The position numbers and the translations under genes are program-made. This document shows positions 12,798 through 26,144 of a stretch of 64,000 bases of DNA, one piece after another. Position 1 is the first letter of the stretch. The number at the start of each line of letters is the position of its first letter. Source of the stretch: Octopus vulgaris (Eukaryota); the NCBI GenBank assembly GCA_951406725.2, contig OX597815.1, forward strand, positions 205,592,001 through 205,656,000. The letters run 5' to 3'. A model generated the notes under the pieces. It saw only the letters and a list, made by a program, of their open reading frames with translations. It did no database searches and was not told where the DNA came from.

Positions 12798-13861
12798 TAT
12801 TATTATTATTATTCATTCATTCAATGTCTGTTTTCCATGCTGGCATGGGTTGGACAGCTAGGGAGAAAACTGCACCAGGCCTCACTGTCTGTTTTGGCAG
12901 GGTTTTTACGGCTGGATAACCTCCCTAACACCAGCCATCTTACAGAGTGGACTGAGGATGCTTTTTACATAGCTCCATTACAGGTAAGGCCTGTTTTAGC
13001 ATAGTTTTTACAGCTGGATGCCCTTCCAAACATCAACCACTATACTGTACGGATTGGATGCACCAAAACCTGGTGAGGTTACCAAGTTACTTGCAGGACA
13101 AAGATCCTTTGAGCCAGTGGGGTTGGTAGAGGTGGCCTTGTGCCAGGTGATGAGAGGTTAGAGTGTGACACAGATAGAAACAGGTGTCTTGCTGTAGAGG
13201 AGAGACATGGTTACCCAGTCGGAGGGAGAGAAAGAGTGCAAGAGAGAGAGCGGGAGATAGATGGTGGTGAAGTGTCAGTACATACCCTCAAGGTACAGAG
13301 ATCGGAGTATAAATGGGGTGGTAGAGTGTTGCCAAGAGTGCATGAGCTGGGAGTAGGGACTTTACATGAATGCAAAGTGTGGGGGTGGGAAATGCAGTGA
13401 CTGGTGAAATGGGGGTATATAGAGGAGGTAGGGGTCAAGAGGATAACAATGATAGTGAGGACAGGATTAGGGAGTGAGAGATAAGTTTAAGCATAGTGCA
13501 TGAAAAAGGGGAAATGTGAGGAAGGGAAGAGATGTAGTTTAGTTTGTTGCGGTAGGGTGTGTGAAATTTTTTCCCCAGAGCAGAGGTGGCGGGGTATTGC
13601 GAATACCAATCTAGTACCGAGATCAATGGTATCGATTAACCCCTCCCGTCAAAATTGTTGACCTGGTTCCTAAATCAGAAACAGTTATTTTGGGCAATTA
13701 TTCCTTGTTTGAAATTTATTGCTTCTTTGTTTTTGCTATTTTACTTTTTACACGTTCCTTCATGTACTCCCACACTGTATCATCCCATACTGGCCCCAAT
13801 TTTTTATCAACCCTTTGTTGATAAAGACAGAAAGAAAAATAACCATTGCAGCAAAAACTGA

Positions 13862-14615
13862 GCAGAATTCTGCTTTAAGTACTCCATATAACCCCTCATA
13901 ATCTTTTTTTGTTTGGGAATTTTCGAGAAATTTTCGCGAATTTGTATTCAACACATGAGAAATCATACGGCTATGGAAAAAAAAACAAAAAAACAATTTA
14001 AGCTTTTTTTTAATTTTCCGATTTTTTTTGGTAAAATACGAACAGGCACAGGAGTGGCTGTGTGGTAAGTAGCTTGTCTACTAACCACGTATGTGTTTGT
14101 GTGAGTGTGTTTGTCCCCCTAGCATTGCTTGACAACCGTTGCTGGTGTGTTTATGTCCCCGTTACTTAGCGGTTCGGCAAAAGAGACTGATAGAATAAGT
14201 ACTGGGCTTACAGAAGAATAAGTCCCGGGGTCGAGTTGCTCGATTAAAGGCGGTGCTCCAGCATGGCCGCAGTCAAATGACTGAAACAAGTAAAAGAGTA
14301 AAGAGAGAGAGTAAAAGTTCGAAGTTTTTTTATTAAACCCCGGCAATCGATCATTGAATGAGCGTATAGGGAGAAAGATATTGAAAAACATCAATACGTC
14401 TGAGAGACAAACAAACGAGGACTCTATCAAGTGGTCGTGAAATGTACCAAAAATAACAGCTAAATTGCCCTTAAATCATACACAATTTTTGTTGATTTTA
14501 CATAATTGTATGAATTCCTGAGTGCAGAATACAAATTCGCAAAATTTTCCTGAAAATTCCAAAAGAATAATATAATTATGAAAGGTCATATGGGGTGCTT
14601 AAAGGAGAATTCTGC
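13862..14615. mobile_element. MITE-like element with ~120-bp imperfect inverted repeats, containing an internally deleted SINE A (14045-14314)
   Basis: 13862-13980 is the reverse complement of ~14496-14615 (GCAGAATTCT.CTTTAAG.AC.CCATAT.ACC...GCGAATTTGTATTC). Confidence 0.6.
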
Positions 14616-14811
14616 CAAAGACTATTAATTTCACTTAATTATTATTTGCAGTTTTTGATTGATTTTTAAATGACTAATATTCTTCCCACGCTGCAATTGT
14701 TTTAGTTTCAACACACGGGGTCAGATAAAATTATTTGCCCGGCAAGTAACCTCTCAAAATAAATAAAAATATAATTAATTTCGTTCATTTGTGTAAATTA
14801 AAAAGAAAACT

Positions 14812-15260
14812 GGTACTATTTAACCCTTTCGTTACTGTATTTATTTTGAAATGCTCTGTGTTTCTTTCAATTACTTTAAATATAACAAAGAATTTAGTAA
14901 AATAACTTGGTTATCATTCACCTAGTGTTAGGAGCATAAATTGTGACTAAGATTTGGTGGAAGATTTTAATACAAAACTTATGAAAACAAGACTTTTGTA
15001 CTCAGAGCCAGAGCCGGGTTAGTAATGAAGAAGAGTGGTCCAGGTGCGCGCTAGCTAGTCGTGACTAGTCGATCCTTACTTTGGGTTTTTGTTTTATTTA
15101 CTGTTTAAAAAATTATTTACTTTGTGTAAAAAAATTATTTATTTTGTGTTTTATTTACTTTGCTTGGTAGCCATTGTAGGATCGACTAGTCACGACTAGC
15201 TAGTGCGGATGCGCGAGTACGCGAGTGCGCGCACCGGGACCACTATTCTTAAATAGCACC
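14812..15260. mobile_element. GG-terminal MITE (family M2) with a piggyBac-type MITE nested in its left TIR
   Basis: 8-bp TSD AGAAAACT on both sides; TIR GGT.CTATTTAAGAA.AGTGGTCC split at TTAA (14820-14823) by a copy of the 2448-2651 element; intact sister at 60581-60764. Confidence 0.8.
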
Positions 15261-17404
15261 AGAAAACTAAAGTTAACGAAAGTTAAAACGCTAGCTAATA
15301 TCATCGAATTATTAATACTCGATATTGAGATGATGAGAAGTTTCTCTATGAATGGACACCCTTTTTCGAGAAGCAGACCGCATAAGACATGGCTCATAAG
15401 GCGGGCCGCAATATTGAAAAAAATTCAAGGTAAGTTTTTCTTGGGCGTGCCCTGCAGAGAGTCCCTGCGGGCCGCAGATTACCCCTGACTCACTCTCGCT
15501 CGAAGAGTACGAGAGTTAATTCCCCTTAAAAATAAATTTTGTATAATTTCCTTTCAAACACTTGTCTTTTATGCAATTAAGTGTTCATTAGAAGCTGATT
15601 GTCCTCTGTTGCTGCTCAGATTTTCTCGCTACATCCAACTCATCGTGCACCATATCTATTTATCAATCTAATGCAATTAGATATTAGACTGATTTTAAAG
15701 GTCTAAGACAAAGAAATATTATATTATTGTCTGGAGAAATAATTTCCTGAATTAAAAGTCGGTGGCAAGGCTAATTGTCCCTTGTAGACCTTAATACGGC
15801 ATCTGCTATATTTCACAATTCGCCTACGTCGGTAAGTTTTACAAACATCGAATTCGATATTTTATTTTTTACCAAAATACAGCTGCATTAATAACCTGAG
15901 GTCTTTTATTGACAAAACTACAATTTGGTATACCTACTCACGTAACTTTTTCAATTATGCATATTTTTTAAATGAAATTTTGCTGAGATACGTTTTGGAA
16001 GGCGGTGATGATTATGTGGCTAACATTTGCTCAAGTTTATTTTTCTCAAAAATTTCATACGCTTTTAACCATTCAATAACTTACTTGTAATCATTACACA
16101 GCAAAACAGTATATTACTATGATTGATTAATAATACTATCGATTTGTATTGTAAGCAAACTGGGATTTTTTTCTTTGTTTTAGTTTTAAATTTATGCATT
16201 TTTTTAATCTGAGAAAGAAAATAAAAAACAAAAACAGCCCTGCATGGTCACAGCTGGAATATATTTTATATATTTTATCATAAATCTGTCTGATCGCTCA
16301 AGGCTGACTCGCACACACACACACTTGCATATAGTATTAATAAAAGGCAAAAAATATTTATAGTATTTTATGCTTTAGAAAACGCATGTTAAAAGGACAG
16401 AAACCGCAGACTATTGTTGTTTTTCGACTATGTATTGAATCAGTGAAATAAATGTTTATGCCGTGAGAAAAGAGATCTTAAGATATGTATAAAAAAATAG
16501 ATCATAGTCAGTAGTGAACTACTGTATTCAGCTGTCCCCATTCTGAGATACACTTTAAAAACTGAAGTTTACAGAAACAATGCTACATTATAATGTTATC
16601 AAAATTTTTGTTTCGTTGCCATATATATTAATTACATGGCTGTTAAAAGAAATTGCATAATTTCCTTTATTTTTCTTGTTATCTGTTATTTAACCTGTGG
16701 CCAAAATAAAATATTAAATTATTTACTTCGATGATGCAGCAATCGAAGGTGATCCAAATGCTTTACTTGGAAGATGCCTGTGTAATTAGTAATTGATTCT
16801 ATAGTTTGAGCCTTCCAGAAGATGTTTGAAATGTGAGGTGGTTGCCAATTGCGATACGAGACGTCTAGTTCATTTTAATAACTGCTACTGACTTTGTCAT
16901 TTCATAGGATATCAAATTGGACAATTCTCAGATTGCATGTTACACCAGAAAGCTCAGAACGTATCCTTAAAGGCAAATTTGATGAGTTATCGTTAATGTT
17001 TCAGTGTGATTCGATGAAATTGAACTGCATTGCCACTATGGTAAAAGAAAAATCGTGATTGGTGTATACATTGCAAACTTAACCATCTTATATATCGGTT
17101 AGATAAATAAAGTAAATAAATAAAATATAAAATAAGCTTCAGAAGTCTATGGATATTATTAACGTCGATTTCATTACTGGTTAAATATATATGCACCAAG
17201 CATAATTTCAGACTGGGAAAACCATATTTACACTTATGGCTCAATCTGCCAGTTTCATGAAAACAAGGGCTAAAGTCAGTACCCCTGACAATTATGCAAC
17301 CAACGCTGGCGTTGGTGTGATTTAAACTTATTGTATTCCTGAGGGTAATGGAGTGGTGAAAGCCATCAACACTCCAAGCTAGTTTCTCAGGATGAAATGA
17401 TGGT

Positions 17405-17624
17405 TTATCCTTTAGCATTTCAACTGACCATATCAGACCTGACCATTCTCTCTGTTTTATGTTCAAGCTGGTCAGATCCTGCCTCTCATACCTACTATGT
17501 CATTCTAAAAATAACAACCACATTATCGAAGTCTCGAAACTATGAGATGTATAAGATTAATTCAGAGCAATATAAATAAATAAGCACCACATTTGACAGA
17601 GTAATTTGAATGCTAAAGGTTTAA
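17405..17624. mobile_element. Older piggyBac-type MITE (second family)
   Basis: CCTTTAGCATT...AATGCTAAAGG ends near TTAA; related copy at 20928-21539 is interrupted by an RTE 3' fragment. Confidence 0.55.
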
Positions 17625-18087
17625 GCATACAGTTTCTAGCTAGAGTTTCTTTCACAGGATTGCTTTCATCACTTCTATACTCTACCAGCCTGATCAGCAG
17701 CAGATTCTTGTCCTTTTCTTCACTCAATATTCCCTTGTCATTGGATTTGGAGATTACATTGGTAACCCCAAGGTGAAGAACATAACATCTGACCTCCAGA
17801 TATGGAGGTAATGAAAATGGGATGACATACCTTGCAAGAAGTTGTTTGACACTGGCAGGTGGCCAGTATGCATGAAGTTGCTAACTCAGTTGCTTGATTC
17901 CAATCTGGGAATTCTGGTATCTCTGCAGAGGCAATGCTTTGTTATAACATTGGTGCCAAGACTGTCAGCTGGCAGAATGTTAAAAGTGCCGGACAAAATG
18001 CTTAGTAGTGTTTTTCTTTCATCTCTTTTACATTCTGAGTTTAAATCCCACTGTGGTCAGCTTTGTCTTTTTTATCCCTCTGAGGTC

Positions 18088-19090
18088 ATCATCATCATCA
18101 TCATCGTTTAACGTCCGTTCTCCATGCTAGCATGGGTTGGACGGTTCGACCAGGGTTCTGGGAAGCCAGAAGACTGCACCAGGCTCCAGTCTAATCTGGC
18201 AATGTTTCTACAGCTGGATGCCCTTCCTAACGCCAACCACTCCGTGAGTGTAGTGGGTGCTTTTTACGTGCCACCTGCACAGGTGCCAGGCGAGGCTGGC
18301 AACGGCCACGGTCAGATTGGTGTATTTTATGTGCCACCGGCACGGAAGCCAGTCGAGGAGGTGCTGGCATCGGCCACGAGTCGGATAGTGCTTTTTACGT
18401 ACCACCAGACCAGGGATCCTGGCTGGTTCAATTCGATTTCGATTTCGCTTGCCCCAACGTCTTCACAAGCAAAGGGGGTTGGCATGGGTGCCTGTCGTAC
18501 GGTCGCATTGGAGTATTTTACGTGCCACGGCTACGAGTCGGATAGTGCTTTTTATGTACCACCAGACCAGGGATCCTGGCTGGTTCAATTCGATTTCGAT
18601 TTCGATTTCGCTTGCCCCAACGTCTTCACAAGCAAAGGGGGTTGGCATGGGTGCCTGTCGTACGGTCGCATTGGAGTATTTTACGTGCCATGGCCACGAG
18701 TCGGATAGTGCTTTTTACGTACCACCAGACCAGGGATCCTGGCTGGTTCAATTCGATTTCGATTTCGATTTCGCTTGCCCCAACGTCTTCACAAGCAAAG
18801 GGGGTTGGCATGGGTGCCTGTCGTACGGTCGCATTGGAGTATTTTACGTGCCATGGCCACGAGTCGGATAGTGCTTTTTACGTACCACCAGACCAGGGAT
18901 CCTGGCTGGTTCAATTCGATTTCGATTTCGATTTCACTTGCCCCAACGTCTTCACAAGCAAAGGGGGTTGGCATGGGTGCCTGTCGTACGGTCGCATTGG
19001 AGTATTTTACGTGCCATGGCCACGAGTCGGATAGTGCTTTTTACGTACCACCAGGCCAGGGATCCTGGCTGGTTCAATTCGGTTTCGATT
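18088..19090 (-). mobile_element. RTE LINE 3'-UTR-derived insertion carrying a 163-bp tandem array
   Basis: (CAT)n tail plus GTTTAACGTCCG...GGATGCCCTTCCTAACGCCAACCAC, which matches the 3' end of the RTE at 55596-58335. Confidence 0.75.
18372..19090. repeat. Tandem repeat, ~4.4 units of 163 bp (first unit 157 bp)
   Basis: Unit starts at 18372, 18529, 18692, 18855, 19018; ORF track repeats with period 163. Confidence 0.95.
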
Positions 19091-19320
19091 TGCCAGTCAA
19101 AAACAGTGCTCAATGTAATTGTATAATCGCTTCTCAGAATTGCTGGTCTTGTGCCTAAATCATATTAACTGACAAAGCAATCTGTCATTGTAGCAACCAA
19201 CGAAACCTTCAAGAAAGTGTTTTTTCTGACATTCAGCCCTAGATTAAACATGCAAAAATTTGAATTCCATGGTTCCAAATAAGATAATAGTGGAAAAGGT
19301 GACACTTTCATGGCCATGTT

Positions 19321-19551
19321 TGTTTCTTTACTACCCACAAGGGGCTAAACACAGAGGGGACAAACAAGGACAGACAAACGGATTAAGTCAATTATATCGA
19401 CCCCAGTGCATAACTGGTACTTAATTTATCGACCCCGAAAGGATGAAAGGGAAAGTCAACCTCGGCGGAATTTGAACTCAGAACATAAAGACAGATGAAA
19501 TACAGCTACGCATTTCGCCCAGCGTGCTAACGTTTCTGCCAGCTCGCCGCC
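19321..19551 (-). mobile_element. SINE family B copy
   Basis: GGCGGCGAGCTGGCAGAAACG head on - strand; 16-bp TSD CTTTCATGGCCATGTT (19305-19320, 19552-19567). Confidence 0.85.
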
Positions 19552-20247
19552 CTTTCATGGCCATGTTACCAAACTAAGATTTTCCTTTTCATTATTCCTC
19601 AAAACCTTGCATCTTCATTTCTTGAGTCTGTGATTAGACTATTTTTATATTAATTTTGGAACTATTGTACAACACATTCTTTAAATTGTATCATGTGAAG
19701 ACCTGTCTTCATTGGATACCTTTTGATGAATGTCAGACTTTCTGCTAGCAAAAGTCCTCTTGACTAAAAACAAAATTCAATACAAAGGAGGGTTTAACTT
19801 GTTAGAAATAGTAACCAAATCTCCCTGAAATTACATTCCACTACTTTTAAATGGAAAGGTCACACAAGATAAGGAAGTCCTACAGGTTTAAAAAACATTT
19901 ACAAGAATAATGGGGGACATAAATTATTGAAATGATTTTTGTATCATTTAAAAGAAAAATTGAAGTTAAGTTAAAGGAAATGTATAAAAAGTGGAACAGT
20001 ATAGATGAAAGAAAATATCTTCCAAAAGTAAAACTTAAATGGAGCATGAATCTGGTCTAATGTCAATTTGTTGCACCCCTAAACCTAAAAGCAATCATTC
20101 CAAGGTAGGCTCTAAGTGATTATTCAATGTGTTGGAAGTAGCAACCAAATGTCCTTAAAACTACAACTTGATGTTTTAGAAAAAAGAAGGCTACATTGAT
20201 TAATGATGTAGTCCTACTTACTTTGTATGAAAGACAAGATGATCATA

Positions 20248-20654
20248 GGCGCAGGAGTGGCTGTGTGGTAAGTAGCTTGCTAACCAACCACATGGTTCCG
20301 GGTTCAGTCCCACTGCGTGGCATTTTGGGTAAGTGTCTTCTGCTATAGCCCCAGGCCGACCAATGCCTTGTGAGTGGATTTGATTGACGGAAACTGAAAG
20401 AAGCCTGTCGTATATATGTATATATATATATATGTATGCGTGCGTGTGTTTCTGTGTCTGTGTTTGTCCCCCTAGCATTGCTTGACAACCGATGCTGGTG
20501 TGTTTACATCCCCATTACTTAGCAGTTCGGCAAAAGAGATCGATTGAATAAGTACTGGGCTTACAAAAGAATAAGTCCCGGGGTCGATTTGCTCGACTAA
20601 AAGGCAGTGCTCCAGCATGGCCGCAGTCAAATGACTGAAACAAGTAAAAGAGTA
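20248..20654 (+). mobile_element. SINE family A copy
   Basis: Full-length, colinear with other copies. Confidence 0.85.
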
Positions 20655-20976
20655 TAGAATGCTTTTGATGAAAGGTCTGACTGATGTCTAAATGACATGG
20701 CATCATCATCATTTAACCTCTTTCATTCTGGCATTGGTAGGAAGGTTTGACTGGGAACCAGCAAACTGCAGGCTTGTGCCAAGCTCAGTGCACAATTTTG
20801 TAGTTTAACATATGCTATGGCACACAATCTGAAGGTGTAACTGTAGTTTACAAATATTAAGGACTTAGCACAAGGTTGTAGGATGTAACTTTAGTGATAG
20901 ATTGGAAAGTAAAATTCAGGTAACGGTTTAACCCTCTAGTGTTTAAACCGGCCATATCTGGCTCAAATTCTTTATC

Positions 20977-21357
20977 TCATCATCATCGTTTAACGTCCGC
21001 TTTCCATGGTAGCATGGGTTGGACGGTTCAACTGGGGTCTGGGAAGCCTGAAGGCTGCACCAGGCCAGTCAGATCTGGCAGTGTTTCTACAGCTGGATGC
21101 CCTTCCTAACGCCAACCACTCCGCGAGTGTAGTTGGTGCTTTTTATGTGCCACGGACACAGGTGCCAGACGAGGCTGGCGAACAGCCACGCTTAGATGGT
21201 GGTTTTTACATACCACCAGCACAGGTGCCAGACGAGGCTGGCAAACGGCCACGCTCGGATGGTGCTTTTTACGTGCACCGGCATGGAGGCCAGGCGAGGC
21301 TGGCACGGCCACGATCGGATGGTGTTTGTTACGTGCCCACAGCACGGAGGCCAGTCG
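20977..21357 (-). mobile_element. RTE 3'-UTR fragment with ~60-bp subrepeats
   Basis: (CAT)n tail and the same conserved 3' end as 18088 and 55596. Confidence 0.75.
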
Positions 21358-21547
21358 ACACTCCAAGCTATTTTATGTTTAAACCAGCTAGATCTACCTT
21401 CTCACACTTACAATATCATTCTAAAAAAAATTAATCACATTGAATTCTTGTGCAAACAAGATAATGCAGGATTAGTCCAAAACAATGTAAATAAATAAGC
21501 ATTACATTTGACAGAGTAATCTGAATATTAAAGATTTAAATCTACAG

Positions 21548-21959
21548 TTTACTCTTTACTCTTTTACTTGTTTCAGTCATTTGACTGCGGCCATGCTGGA
21601 GCACCGCCTTTAGTCGAGCAAATCGACCCCGGGACTTATTCTTTGTAAGCCCAGTACTTATTCTATCGCTCTCTTTTGCCGAACCGCTAAGTGACGGGGA
21701 CGTAAACACACCAGCTTCGGTTGTCAAGCAATGCTAGGGGGACAGACACAGACACACAAACATATACACACACATACATATATATATACATATATATGAC
21801 AGGCTTCTTTCAGTTTCCGTCTACCAAATCCACTCACAAGGCATTGGTTGGCCCGGGGCTATAGCAGAAGACACTTGCCCAAGATGCCACGCAGTGGGAC
21901 TGAACCCGGAACCATGTGGTTGGTTAGCAAGCTACTTACCACACAGCCACTCCTGCGCC
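21548..21959 (-). mobile_element. SINE family A copy
   Basis: Full-length reverse-complement copy. Confidence 0.85.
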
Positions 21960-22556
21960 TACTTTATTAGTATAAATGTATTAAAATTCCTTTGTACAAT
22001 CTCTGTCTCTTCTTTCTAAGAACCTTCTCTGTCTTAAACAGTTTCTTTACTATTTCAGGTTATCAGATGACATTGGCATAAAATAATTATTTTCTTCAAA
22101 TCCATCGACAATATCATCTTTTAAAAATTAAAGAAGTTTTTTTATTCTGAACACATAAAATCTTATTAACACCAAAGCTTGAATTACAGAGGAAAATTTT
22201 CTCTCAACTGAAATTAAGAGCAGCAACATTTCTGCAGTAACTGTCTGGAATATAAAATAATCGTACATTCATATTAAACTTCAACAACTTGCAGTGAAGT
22301 CAGATATAACCGACCTTTCCACATGGACAGTCTTGATAAATGGATCTATTTTGATGTTATTTTACTTGCTTGTTCCCCATGACAAGGCAGGGTTCTAGCA
22401 TAATCAGTATTGGAATAATTATGTCTCAAATGATTGACTACTAATAAATTATCTTGTGACTGTTTGCAAGATCTTCAGATATTGTCATAAAACCACAGGC
22501 AGTAGAAATATACCAGGAAAAATAAATGTTAGGAATGTCGGAGCTCTGCATCCTTC

Positions 22557-22775
22557 AAAACTTCCATGCTTTCTGAGATTCGCCAACACTACTGATTTTC
22601 TCAAACTCATGCTTTCTGATTCCCAACACTACACCTGATTTTCTCAAACTTCCATGCTTTCTGAGATTCCAACACTACACTGATTTCTCAAAACTTACAT
22701 GCTTTGAATTGCCAACAACACCTGTTTTTCAAAACTATGTTTTGGATTCGCCAACACTACACCTGATTTTCTCCC
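22557..22775. repeat. Degenerate ~48-bp minisatellite (TTTCTCAAACTTCCATGCTTTCTGAGATTCGCCAACACTACACCTGA), about 5 units
   Basis: Visible unit recurrence with many 1-3 bp deletions. Confidence 0.75.
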
Positions 22776-22955
22776 CTCCATACATACACAAGCATGTATC
22801 TGTCTCATGCATTGTTTGCTTTCCAGACATTTGTACTATACTCTGACAAGTTGTGGTGCACCTAAGCACTGTATACAATAATTTCATTATTATTATTTAT
22901 ATTATAGAGAAACAGAGTCAAGAAAAATATCTGTATATTGTGCTGAAAGAAAATT

Positions 22956-25298
22956 ATGGAAAATAAGCTATGTGAAAACCAGATTAAACATAAAATGCAG
23001 TCTCAAAGGATTGATGTTCCTGATGAGATGTATGAAGAGATTGGAAAAACATCATACTGCTGTGATATTTGTAAAAAGTCATTCTCTCAAAAAAGGGATT
23101 TAACAAGACACATACGTGTTCATACAGGAGTTAAACCATATCATTGTGATGTATGTGGTGAATCATTCTCTCACAATAGTAACTTGACTACTCACAAACG
23201 GATTCATACCGGAGAAAAGCCTTATCAGTGTGATATCTGTGGTAAATCGTTTTCTATAACAAGTAATTTAACTAAACACAAGCGTATTCATACAGGAGAG
23301 AAACCGTATCACTGTGATATCTGTGATAAGTCATTCTCTATAACTAGTAGCTTGACTGCTCACAAGCGAACTCATACAGGAAAGAAACCATCTCAGTGCC
23401 ATATATATGGCAAAGCATTCTCCTGGACAAATCACAAATATATTCGTACAGAAAATAAGCCATATCACTGTGATACGTGTGGAAAATCCTTCTCTCGAAG
23501 TGGTGAATTAACTAAGCACAAACGTATCCATACAGGAGAGAAGCCATATCACTGTGATATCTGTAGTAAATCATTCTCTATAACAAGTAACTTGACTAAG
23601 CATAGACGCGTTCATACAGGAGATAAGCCATATCACTGTGATATCTGTGGTGAATCATTTTCCCACAGTAGTAACTTAACTAGACATAAACGTAGTCATA
23701 CAGGCTATAAGCCATATCATTGTGATATCTGTGGTAAGACTTGCTCTCAGAGTAGTGACTTGACTACTCACAAACGTATTCATACGGGTGAGACACCATA
23801 TCGCTGCGACATCTGTGGCAAATCCTTTTCCCAAACAATTAACTTATCTAGACACAAACACATTCATACAAGAGAGAATTCAAATCAGGGTCATATCTCT
23901 GGTAAATCAGTTTCTGAAACAAACCACTCAAGTAGATGTAATGATCCAGGCATTAAGCCACCTCACGTGGAGGAATCAATCTCTCAAAGTGCTAACCTAA
24001 CCACTCAGAAACGTATTGATACGGGAGGGAGACCATATTGCTGTGATATCTGTGGTAAATCATTCTCCAAAAGTAGTGACTTGTCTACTCACAAAGATGT
24101 ACATGCTGAAGGAAAACCATCTTCTGATATCTATAGTAAATCACTCTCACAAAGTACTGAATTAAATGCTCACAAAGATATTGATAAAAGAGAGAAACCT
24201 TACCCTTGTGATGTCTGTGGTAAATCATTCTCTGAAAGTAGTGACTTGACTATTCACAGACGTATTCATACGAGTGAGAAGCCATATCACTGTGATATTT
24301 GTGGTGATTCGTTCTCTCAAAATAGTCACTTATCAACTCATAAACATATTCACACAGGAGAAAAATCTTATCACTGTGATATCTGTGGTAAATCATTCTC
24401 TCAGATTAGTGAATTAACTACCCACAAAGGTGTTCATTCAGAAGAGAAACCATATCACTGTGATACCTGTGGTAAATCATTCTCTCGAAGTATTGAATTA
24501 ACTGGTCACAAACATATTCATATGGGAGAGAAACCACTTCACTGTGATATCTGTGGCAAGTCATTCTCTATAACAAGAAACTTAAATAAACACAAGCATA
24601 TTCATACAGGAGAGAAACCATATCACTGTGATATCTGTGATAAATCATTCTCTACAAAAGGACTTTTAACTAGACATAAACGCATTCATACAGGGGATAA
24701 GCGATTTCACTGTACAATCTGTGGTAAATCATTCTGTCAGAGTAGTGAGTTGATTACACACAAACGTATCCATACAGGAGAGAAACCATATCACTGTAAT
24801 ATCTGTGGTAAATCATTCTCTATAACTAGTAGCTTAACTATTCACATACGTATTCATACAGGTGAGAAACCATATCATTGTGATATCTGTGGCAAATCAT
24901 TCTCTCGAAGTGGTGAATTAACTGGTCACAAACGTATTCATACAGGAGAGAAGCCATATTACTGTGATATGTGTGGTAAATCATTCTCTCAAAGGAGTGA
25001 GTTAACCACTCACAAACGGATTCATACGGGTGAAAAACCATATCATTGTGATATCTGTGGTAAATCATTTCATACAAGTAGCAACTTACGTACCCACATA
25101 CGTGTTCATACAGGAGAAAAACCATATCACTGTGATATCTGTGGTGAATCCTTTTCTCAAAACGGCAGTTTATCTACTCATAAGCGTATTCATGTAGGTG
25201 AGAAACTCTATCTCTGTGATATCTGTGGCAAGTCATTCTCTCAAAATGGTCACTTAACTACTCACAAACGAATTCATACAGGAGAAATTCCACATTAA
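22956..25298 (+). CDS. C2H2 zinc-finger protein, 780 aa, single coding exon, 23 intact plus 4 degenerate fingers
   Basis: Uninterrupted ORF of C-x2-C-x12-H-x3-H units with TGEKPY linkers; no KRAB/ZAD/BTB domain visible in the short N-terminus. Confidence 0.93.
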   Translation: MENKLCENQIKHKMQSQRIDVPDEMYEEIGKTSYCCDICKKSFSQKRDLTRHIRVHTGVKPYHCDVCGESFSHNSNLTTHKRIHTGEKPYQCDICGKSFSITSNLTKHKRIHTGEKPYHCDICDKSFSITSSLTAHKRTHTGKKPSQCHIYGKAFSWTNHKYIRTENKPYHCDTCGKSFSRSGELTKHKRIHTGEKPYHCDICSKSFSITSNLTKHRRVHTGDKPYHCDICGESFSHSSNLTRHKRSHTGYKPYHCDICGKTCSQSSDLTTHKRIHTGETPYRCDICGKSFSQTINLSRHKHIHTRENSNQGHISGKSVSETNHSSRCNDPGIKPPHVEESISQSANLTTQKRIDTGGRPYCCDICGKSFSKSSDLSTHKDVHAEGKPSSDIYSKSLSQSTELNAHKDIDKREKPYPCDVCGKSFSESSDLTIHRRIHTSEKPYHCDICGDSFSQNSHLSTHKHIHTGEKSYHCDICGKSFSQISELTTHKGVHSEEKPYHCDTCGKSFSRSIELTGHKHIHMGEKPLHCDICGKSFSITRNLNKHKHIHTGEKPYHCDICDKSFSTKGLLTRHKRIHTGDKRFHCTICGKSFCQSSELITHKRIHTGEKPYHCNICGKSFSITSSLTIHIRIHTGEKPYHCDICGKSFSRSGELTGHKRIHTGEKPYYCDMCGKSFSQRSELTTHKRIHTGEKPYHCDICGKSFHTSSNLRTHIRVHTGEKPYHCDICGESFSQNGSLSTHKRIHVGEKLYLCDICGKSFSQNGHLTTHKRIHTGEIPH

Positions 25299-25829
25299 TT
25301 TCATATCTATAGCAAATAGTTCTCTCTAAAATATTTTATTACACAAAGTCACACAGAAGAAAAGTTTTGTCACTCATGCATATGCTAAATCCTTCTCTCT
25401 CTTTCGGAGAGGCACTGAGCACCTACAAGCACATGTACACACACGGCAGTAACTTCCGCCTGCCGAATTCAATCACAAAGCTTCGGTCAGCTCGGGGCTA
25501 TAGCAGAAGACACCTACCCAAAGTGTCACGCAGTGGAACTGAACCCGAAACCATGTAGCTAGGAAGCAAGCTCCCTAACCACACAGCCATGCCCGCACCT
25601 AAAATACCACAAATATATTTTTGAGGCAGAAGAGTAATCATTTTAAGATTTATTTAAATAAACAGAAATACTTTAACCACAGATGTATTCACTCAAAGAG
25701 AAGATATAATGGTGTGACAATTAACCAATGAACACAATCTTGTAAAATCTGTATTATCTTTTTAATAAAGGCATCCTTTCAGAAGACATATATTCCATTT
25801 TTAGAAATATCTAGAAATGAGAACAGATA

Positions 25830-26144
25830 CTAGTGCATGCATATAACTGCGAGTGTGTGCACATACACGCAAGTACTGTCCAAATCTCCGACCAGTCACA
25901 TACAGCTAGCTGGCATTCAATTGGCATATCAAGTTTCGGGCATTTTGATTGGGTTTTGGATAGAAAATTCACAAAAAGTCACTTCTATTGATTTTTTAAT
26001 GGCTTTGCAGGGTGACGCACGACCACCCTTGGACGGTTTTGAATGACCATAGAAAGTGCGAGCCCTCTTACTGAAAAATTGTGGATTTGTATAAAGGACA
26101 CACACACACATAGACAGACATTTTGCTGTTTATATATATAAAGA
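25830..26144 (-). mobile_element. Non-autonomous Helitron, family H2
   Basis: On - strand starts A|TCTTTATATATATAAA, has TGTCTGTCT repeats, ends with a GC-rich hairpin and CTAG|T. Confidence 0.7.

Noticed and set aside
18124-19158. Overlapping repetitive ORFs and a superficially CRISPR-like periodic array
   Set aside because: Units are whole 163-bp duplicates with no unique spacers and no cas genes; ORFs are by-products of the tandem repeat.
22557-22775. Divergence among 48-bp units as biological signal
   Set aside because: Scattered 1-3 bp deletions could equally be uncorrected long-read errors in a collapsed array.
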